From the IMG/VR virus record IMGVR_UViG_3300025086_000015, positions 1-64,000 of that record: a stretch of DNA of 64,000 nucleotides. One strand, written 5' to 3'. Positions within the stretch are counted from its first letter, which is position 1. The number at the start of each line of letters is the position of its first letter. This DNA is from a virus. The position numbers were made by a program, and so were the translations under genes. This document shows positions 58,201 to 64,000 of this stretch, piece by piece. The notes under the pieces were generated by a model. That model searched no databases. It was not told the DNA's origin and was given only the letters and a program-made list of their open reading frames with translations.

Positions 58201-61200
58201 TTTAAGCATAGCTATATCGATGTTATCTTTATTTGCTTGCTCGTAATCTTTTTGTTTTATTGCTCTTGCTTGAATCTCTAAACCGGTTGCAGCTTGTAAT
58301 ACCATCATATCACCAGGCATCTTTCTTTTGATAACTGAGTTTGTTACAATAGCATATAGTATTGATTCTATTTTATCTCTTTCAAATAATTGATTTATAA
58401 ATGGATTATCACTTTTAAGCAATGCTAATATACCGTTCTTTGTGTGCATTGGCATATCACGCTTATCAAGCTCTGATATAATAGCATCAGATAGAACTTT
58501 CATATCTTTAGCTAAATATCTCCCATCATCTTGCATTTCAAGATTTAATCTTTTAGTAAGTTTTTCTATATCTCTCTTAATTAGTTGATAACTAACTTCG
58601 TGATATTCGTCGATTACACTTTCCAGACCCGCTTCTTTATATACTTCACTAACCTGTCCATTTTCATATATATTTATAGGAAGCAATGATGTAAGCTGTG
58701 TTCCTGCAGATACTTTGTTTTTTATTTTAGGTGCTATCTCTACTTGTATTCCTACTTGAGAAAAATCAAACTCTAATAATCCTAAAGGCTCTCCATCTTC
58801 TTCAGATAATTCCATCGGCTTGTAACTTGAGTAGTTACCATCTTCTTGATAAAAAGAATCAAAGTTTTGACCATCGATTGTAGGAGCCCCCACTTTAACT
58901 ACAGAGTTAAATACCATATAGTCTATATCATTATCAACCATATCTTGATTAATATCATCATAAGTTCTACCTGGCATTAATTGAGGTATTAATGGGAACA
59001 ATGCAAATTTGTGGAATGTCATAAGTCTTACATTATCCTCTATAAAAGGAGCAAATACTTGCGGCTTTAATGCTGGGAAATATGCTAAGTCTTCATTGGC
59101 TATAGTATCACCATTCATTATTTTTTGATACAAGTTTTCTTGTGCATCAGTCCATTTACCTGCTCTCCACAATAAACTTCTATAAGCATCTAAATGCATA
59201 AATCCACCGCCATCAAACTCATCCATGTTATTATAAGTTTGCTCTAAAATATTTTCACCCTTTTCATTTAAATTATCTAACATGCTAGGGTTTAATACTC
59301 TCACAACATCTATATAATCTTGTAAATACGGAGAATCTACTTTAACATCTCCTCTAACGACTGTCTTTATTTTAGAAGAATGCTCTTTATTCATACCTAA
59401 ATTTTCCATATTGTTATTCATCCACTCTAATAAGTGTGGGTCAGATGATGGGTAAATTTTAGTACCTGATACTCCTGAAGTTCTTTTAAATAGATCTTTA
59501 TACAATGCTAAGTCACCTAAAAATAATTTACTTTGTTCAATAACACCAGTCATGTGCTCATATGTTAATTGTTCTGAGAGAACTCTAACAGTACTTGGCA
59601 TTAAAGTAGATGTGTCTGTAGTATTGTCTTGTGACACCATTTTTAGTTTAGATACTAATTGGCTATTAATACCTACATTATACGAGCTTCCTTGTTTGCC
59701 CGGTCTAATGATATTAAAATCTAGTAATGAATTAGTAACCTCTTGAACTCGTACTTCTAAAAATTCATTAAGTTTTGACTCTACTTCTGGACTAGAAACG
59801 ATCTGTGCTATCTTTTCATCTGAAAGTTTTTTAGATAAATCTTTACGGCTAATATCAATTATACCTTTAAAGAATCTAAGTTCCCCTCCTTGATCTGCAT
59901 AGTTTTCTATTCTCCTTAACTTACTTGTTTTATTTGAATTAAATATAGTTGCAGTTTTTATTTCATCAAATAGGTATCCCTGAAGCCTTTTTACCATATC
60001 TTGTTTAGATAAAGTTAAACTAGCAGGAACTCCAAAGCCTATTCCATACTCTGTTTTTTTATCTGCTGTTCTTATAAACGGCATAATACCATTCCCTAAT
60101 ATAGCGTTAACTTGCATACCTGCTATATCAGACGGTGTGCTTTTAGATAATCCTTTACTTCTACCAAACTCTTGTTTTATATCTTCTAAGACTGATATTT
60201 CTAATTTTCTACCTTGCTGTGCCATACCCTGTAAGTATACAGAATTAGCTAAGTTAGCATGACCTAATAATTCTACTACTCTTTCAGGATTGTTATTTAA
60301 TTCTGAAGCCGTTACATCTAAATGATTCTTTAGACTAATTCCATAAACTTTTTTACCTGCTGCATTTATATGGATTAAATCTACAGCGTAGTTTGTTTTT
60401 TCTATCTCTACATTCATTAAGACTTTTAACCTACCTTGTATGTCTCCCTCGTATAAATCGCTTATTGGATTTGATAATACTTCATTCAATGTCCAAGTTA
60501 CAGCATCTTTAATCTCATTACTGTCCTCATATTTCTCCATAAACGCTGGAGTATCTGAAAATTTAATTCCTATAGCAGATAATAAAGCCGCTGCTTGTAG
60601 AGAGTCTTTTGGAACTTTAGACCACTCTTCTAAAGATTTTGTTACTTTATTGATTGTAACTTTAGCATTTTTATCTACTACCATTTTACCATCTTTAAGA
60701 ACACCTACACCATCTATAATAGATTTTCTAAAGTTTAATTTCCATGTATTTCTAACAAGATCATCTATTCTACTAGAATTATTATCCAGTAAAAATCTAC
60801 CTCCTTGTCTATCTATAGATTGCATATGGAAAGTTCTATTAGCTTGATTAAATTGTTGAACAACTCTAGTAATCATTCTAACTTGAGGTCCAGTTTTATC
60901 TGACCAGTCATTAGTACTTAAACCTAATCTTTTAACAAGCATTTTTAACTCAGGTCTAGTTTGAGTAAGCTCTAATAGTTCTTCTACTATAAACTCAGGA
61001 TCTGTATTAGCTAGCTCTTTGTATAAAAAGGCCATAGTTGAACCAAAATCTACTAGTTTTGGGAATCCGCTATTATTATATACTAATTGTCTTTTACCAT
61101 TTATTTCTTGTGTTGCAGGTAGCGTAGATATTAATAATCTAACCGGATGTGGTAAAGTTAAATTAGGATCTATTTCTGATTGCGCAGTATCAAACCCTAC

Positions 61201-63999
61201 TCCAGTTCGCTCATCTTCACTTATCTCTAGATCATCTAGTATTTCCATTTTGAATCTTTGTAAATACGCTTTATGCTGATCTTGGAAAAACTCCCAATTA
61301 CTTTTAATTAATCCTCTTGTATTTTGTACTTTATTTATTTGATCTTGTACAAATTCTTTTTGTGTTTTACTTTTAGCTACTGCTAACTGCTGCTGAAGAG
61401 CTGTTTCTCTGTTCTGTAGAGACCCTAGCATTTTATTATATACAGTATTAGACTGTCCAGGTCCCCCGTAAAGACTGTTAATTGCAGAACTTACCTTATC
61501 TTGTTTAGATGTATCAAATATATCTTCTATTTCAAATAATCCTTTTTCAGCTGCTAAATGGAATAGCTGTACTGTCATTCCTTCTACAGTATTATTTATT
61601 AAGGTAGGGCTAATTGCTGCACCTTCCATGTAAGCTTCCTCATTTGAATCGTACAAAGTAATTTCTGTTGTAGGATTTGCAAAGTATCCTCCATGTATTT
61701 TAGACATTAAGTTTTCTACTCCAGATGTAGAGTCTGTAAAGAAATTTAAAGCTGCAAATATTTTATCAAATAATCTATCTAACCAAGATTTTTTTACATT
61801 TTGACCTACTCTGTAATCTCCATCAGCTAAAACATACGCTCTAAACTCTTCAGCTAACCACTCATCTATCTCTCTATCTGTAAACTCAGATAATTTTTTA
61901 ACATCTCCTTTAAATGTTCTAGCAGTCCCTCTAAGCTTTCTAGCTTCGTCATACATCTTAAACCTATCCTCTTTAGAAATAAGCCTTCTAGTAACACCAT
62001 GCCATGTTTCATGGTACACTACACCATCTACATCCATTTCACTAGATAATAATATATTACCATCTTTAGTGAACTTACCGTATCCTTTACCGTCTATAAG
62101 ACCTTTTACTAAATTGATACCAATTAATGGATTTCCATTTTTATCTTTAGGCATATTAGCATTAAACCATTTAAGTTGTCCGTCTAGGTCTACTAGCTGT
62201 TCATTTTCAAATTCTACAGAAGACTTTAATAAAAATGGAGAATCATCTTCCGCATCCTCATCTTTATTAGGATCATAGTTAGTAAACGGACTGTTTTCCA
62301 TATTTTGTTTACCTTGATCCATATTTACTTTTTGAATAACTTTTGATTCTTGTGTAGGAACTAAGGCGCCTCTAAGAGCTTCAGCTATACCCGCCGGAAG
62401 ATCTTTACCTTTAGCTACATTAATTATACCTTCAAAAATTACATTACCTTCGTTGTCTAAAACTTGAACTGGAGTAGGCTTTAACTGTTCTTCTACAATT
62501 TTTGAAGCTTCTTCCTCAGTCATTAATGATTTTTCTGTAGTGGTTACTACAACTTCTCCTGTATCTGTTACTGTAGCCTCAACTACAGTTGGTGAATTTT
62601 CTTCCGCATTCTCTTGATTTTCTATCCCATTTAATATTTCATCTTTTGTTTCAGGATTACCATTATGCTTAAGATACATATTCATAAATTGTGGTACTGT
62701 ACTTTGCTCAACGTCTTTAGATTGCGAAGAGTCTAAGTTCATATTTACTGTTACTGGAATATCCGTTATGTCTCTACCTTTAGTAGATAATAAATACTCT
62801 GTGTAATTTGCCCACTCTATTGTTTCTACTTCTAGATCATTATTTACTATAACTTCTACATGCGCTTCATACTCAGGAGGGAAGTTTTTCTTTTTAGCAT
62901 ATAGTTTAGCTTTTCCTTTAGCTGCTTTTATTGCTTTTGATTTAGCAGCAGTTGCTGAAGTTCTAGCTTTCTCATCACGTCCTAACCTAGTACTATTAGC
63001 ATTATGTATAAGTAAAGGTAAAAACTCTAAAAGCTCAGTGTGCTCCGCTGCATACTGCTTAGGATCTGATAATTGCTCTAAAGTAATTTTTTGTCCTTTG
63101 TTTCCATAGTGTATAGCGTCTGTTTCTAGCCAAATAGAATACTCTTTTAATTTTCTATCCTTAGCTTGCTTACCAAAAAATATCATTTCAGACAATATAG
63201 TAGTAAGTCCTTTGCCTCCAATTAGAGCAGCTTCTTCTCCACTCATCTGATCTTGTGCCACTAACTTTTGTCTAGTAGCAAATAGTCTTAATAGATTGTA
63301 AACATTATTTTGCGCATTTTCTCCTAAGTTTTGAGGCCATCCTCTAACTAGGTTACCTTTAATTCCAGACATACCTGGTTTAGATAAGTATAAAAATCCG
63401 TTTGGAACATTCCATGAGTTCCCACCAATATTTATATTAGCTCTACTTTCACCCTTTGTTCCTAAAGCTGCTTTAAGTTGGATGTCTTGCACATGTTTTT
63501 CATCTTGAACTAATCTCCCTAAAACAGACCCTCTAGATTGAGGATTACCGTTTTCCCAAATAGTCATACTTTTTGACTTTCCAGATATTCTATAGTACAA
63601 AGGAACCTGCGCAGTTAATAGCTTTTGTCTATCTTCACTATGTCTATCTGAAACTTCTTTAACAGCTGCTTTTATAGAGCCATCTTCATTTAAATCTCTA
63701 TCTACATTGTATCTATACTCTCCTTCTGGGCCTGTTAATTTAGCAGTAGGCATATCAGTATATGCTAGTTTACCATCAATCAATACAGGATTAAGATCTT
63801 TATCTACAAGAACAAGTTTTATGTTTTCATTTTCTTCAGTTGTAGCATCTTTAAGGTCTTTTAAATATACAAACTTTTTAGTGTAGTCTATATCTCCAGT
63901 ATTAGAGTCAAAAAATATTATTTGATCCTGCAGCTCAGCAGGAATATTATTTCTATGTATAACCATTAATCTGTTTCCAGATTTCTTTGACCAATCAGT
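55294..63999 (-). CDS. Virion RNA polymerase polyprotein, partial (5' end beyond window)
   Basis: GFRIPTEG and GSDYDIDKL catalytic loop (57928-57942); zincin HETWH...EWLAEEFR; frame stays open upstream of ATG 63966 to the window edge. Confidence 0.9.
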   Translation of the reverse strand, partial: TDWSKKSGNRLMVIHRNNIPAELQDQIIFFDSNTGDIDYTKKFVYLKDLKDATTEENENIKLVLVDKDLNPVLIDGKLAYTDMPTAKLTGPEGEYRYNVDRDLNEDGSIKAAVKEVSDRHSEDRQKLLTAQVPLYYRISGKSKSMTIWENGNPQSRGSVLGRLVQDEKHVQDIQLKAALGTKGESRANINIGGNSWNVPNGFLYLSKPGMSGIKGNLVRGWPQNLGENAQNNVYNLLRLFATRQKLVAQDQMSGEEAALIGGKGLTTILSEMIFFGKQAKDRKLKEYSIWLETDAIHYGNKGQKITLEQLSDPKQYAAEHTELLEFLPLLIHNANSTRLGRDEKARTSATAAKSKAIKAAKGKAKLYAKKKNFPPEYEAHVEVIVNNDLEVETIEWANYTEYLLSTKGRDITDIPVTVNMNLDSSQSKDVEQSTVPQFMNMYLKHNGNPETKDEILNGIENQENAEENSPTVVEATVTDTGEVVVTTTEKSLMTEEEASKIVEEQLKPTPVQVLDNEGNVIFEGIINVAKGKDLPAGIAEALRGALVPTQESKVIQKVNMDQGKQNMENSPFTNYDPNKDEDAEDDSPFLLKSSVEFENEQLVDLDGQLKWFNANMPKDKNGNPLIGINLVKGLIDGKGYGKFTKDGNILLSSEMDVDGVVYHETWHGVTRRLISKEDRFKMYDEARKLRGTARTFKGDVKKLSEFTDREIDEWLAEEFRAYVLADGDYRVGQNVKKSWLDRLFDKIFAALNFFTDSTSGVENLMSKIHGGYFANPTTEITLYDSNEEAYMEGAAISPTLINNTVEGMTVQLFHLAAEKGLFEIEDIFDTSKQDKVSSAINSLYGGPGQSNTVYNKMLGSLQNRETALQQQLAVAKSKTQKEFVQDQINKVQNTRGLIKSNWEFFQDQHKAYLQRFKMEILDDLEISEDERTGVGFDTAQSEIDPNLTLPHPVRLLISTLPATQEINGKRQLVYNNSGFPKLVDFGSTMAFLYKELANTDPEFIVEELLELTQTRPELKMLVKRLGLSTNDWSDKTGPQVRMITRVVQQFNQANRTFHMQSIDRQGGRFLLDNNSSRIDDLVRNTWKLNFRKSIIDGVGVLKDGKMVVDKNAKVTINKVTKSLEEWSKVPKDSLQAAALLSAIGIKFSDTPAFMEKYEDSNEIKDAVTWTLNEVLSNPISDLYEGDIQGRLKVLMNVEIEKTNYAVDLIHINAAGKKVYGISLKNHLDVTASELNNNPERVVELLGHANLANSVYLQGMAQQGRKLEISVLEDIKQEFGRSKGLSKSTPSDIAGMQVNAILGNGIMPFIRTADKKTEYGIGFGVPASLTLSKQDMVKRLQGYLFDEIKTATIFNSNKTSKLRRIENYADQGGELRFFKGIIDISRKDLSKKLSDEKIAQIVSSPEVESKLNEFLEVRVQEVTNSLLDFNIIRPGKQGSSYNVGINSQLVSKLKMVSQDNTTDTSTLMPSTVRVLSEQLTYEHMTGVIEQSKLFLGDLALYKDLFKRTSGVSGTKIYPSSDPHLLEWMNNNMENLGMNKEHSSKIKTVVRGDVKVDSPYLQDYIDVVRVLNPSMLDNLNEKGENILEQTYNNMDEFDGGGFMHLDAYRSLLWRAGKWTDAQENLYQKIMNGDTIANEDLAYFPALKPQVFAPFIEDNVRLMTFHKFALFPLIPQLMPGRTYDDINQDMVDNDIDYMVFNSVVKVGAPTIDGQNFDSFYQEDGNYSSYKPMELSEEDGEPLGLLEFDFSQVGIQVEIAPKIKNKVSAGTQLTSLLPINIYENGQVSEVYKEAGLESVIDEYHEVSYQLIKRDIEKLTKRLNLEMQDDGRYLAKDMKVLSDAIISELDKRDMPMHTKNGILALLKSDNPFINQLFERDKIESILYAIVTNSVIKRKMPGDMMVLQAATGLEIQARAIKQKDYEQANKDNIDIAMLKPLKFYRPGKDKTLAMQVMLPHRFKELGLGNLIDANNIDEGLKQLIGFRIPTEGLNSIDFIEVVGYLPPSAGSTIIVPSEIVGKSGSDYDIDKLTLYFPNYTYNEESNTVSRIPYLTDENSTVEERYEVMKQEEPRDLTLSQFSKLPISDQNIQVALQNRVQEIIKTVLENPQSFDQLITPVGAFEVKNVAREIAALRDKRGKGKGQSTMFNKKLSFGNLVNTSYRMWSGLGGVGIVAVTATQHAKAQRAGLDWSPEIDLQLNFAGTGYSLSRVSDVNGGMKISSVLAQYVTGYVDVTKEDFVFDINAGVEYAPIHMMLVRSGVPLDQVAYFMSQPIIDDYVNLNETQRSLAAQYSGGKSYMGKEDMYSTLKTKYGARPESEPVKFNADVLKDMVGKDISELSRVEKQMQSQILDDFIRYQEYADFLFLLTTATKFDTSKLSGPTAIKYMKAALARVEDTQAFVNVDNLIYNQNGKYSLMSAFREGFDAGSKMFSSLDMKEYHPYISKWTYDKIYELTNPTLRRSADEIGYVMKRFDSHLSSYIVQNTPLQRSYLKNKISSLFRGDNSLPRRILAAKGSPRLKDNLLIQELYPLLQTFQDPKHPEYSIDNMKLFSKKLQTFDIDLLSDSYLELQEIAPQLAKDLVEFSVLQSGFHFSPNAFFQVLPSTEVLNIISPYFNRYSEEFNLNLDNVWEDFIQNSSSDGKIVPRLPYRINEKRKQSFKDGTIIHNSQHEYVSISAPTGAVKTVGSITKPVYETKLFINTGPSKKTPSMNVFTAIPKRGMGMNLIESNTDSLLKSNVSKFGLDTLDISKGTEQVLDKVGSAVIIAKTLMPSGMYLTNGDARVHLDIIGTLSINDIYKGSKKAIAAGLTLKGREGLEELAVAMGYRNWEAAKKAKANKQLVDRKSVVLYRATTLDSSNYTTKDSYDDFGYDPTRQQGTEQLFKSKDAISNEVNQVLKEKDNCKKSK

Positions 64000-64000
64000 T

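Noticed and set aside
50946-62278. Plus-strand ORFs inside the giant genes (and similar antisense ORFs elsewhere)
   Set aside because: Antisense shadows caused by codon bias
1-64000. Stop-codon reassignment as in some crAss-like phages
   Set aside because: Long genes are intact in the standard code, and TAG (portal, rIIB) and TGA end genes at tight junctions

Overview
AT-rich 64-kb segment of a crAss-like (Crassvirales/phi14:2-type) phage, probably infecting a Bacteroidota/Flavobacteria host (TAnnTTTG promoters, Gln-rule signal peptides). Standard genetic code. Layout: (i) 1-27.7 kb, minus strand: late module with GroES, HU/IHF, ParB-like, TerL, portal, scaffold, MCP, ring/tail proteins, ending in a cassette of exported proteins (beta-barrel OMP, Cys-less thioredoxin fold, GCTD-repeat protein running off the window). 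(ii) 27.7-29.9 kb: divergent, largely non-coding region rich in structured RNA candidates, including a ~900-nt GOLLD-like RNA with an embedded variant type III hammerhead ribozyme. (iii) 28.2-50.0 kb, plus strand: early and replication genes (PolA, SF2 helicase, DnaB, AAA ATPase, primase, phosphoesterase, nucleases, rIIA / spore photoproduct lyase-like / rIIB). (iv) 50.1-64 kb, minus strand: giant virion proteins including the virion RNA polymerase (5'-truncated). All calls were made by eye from motifs and base-pairing; no database searches or folding programs were run.
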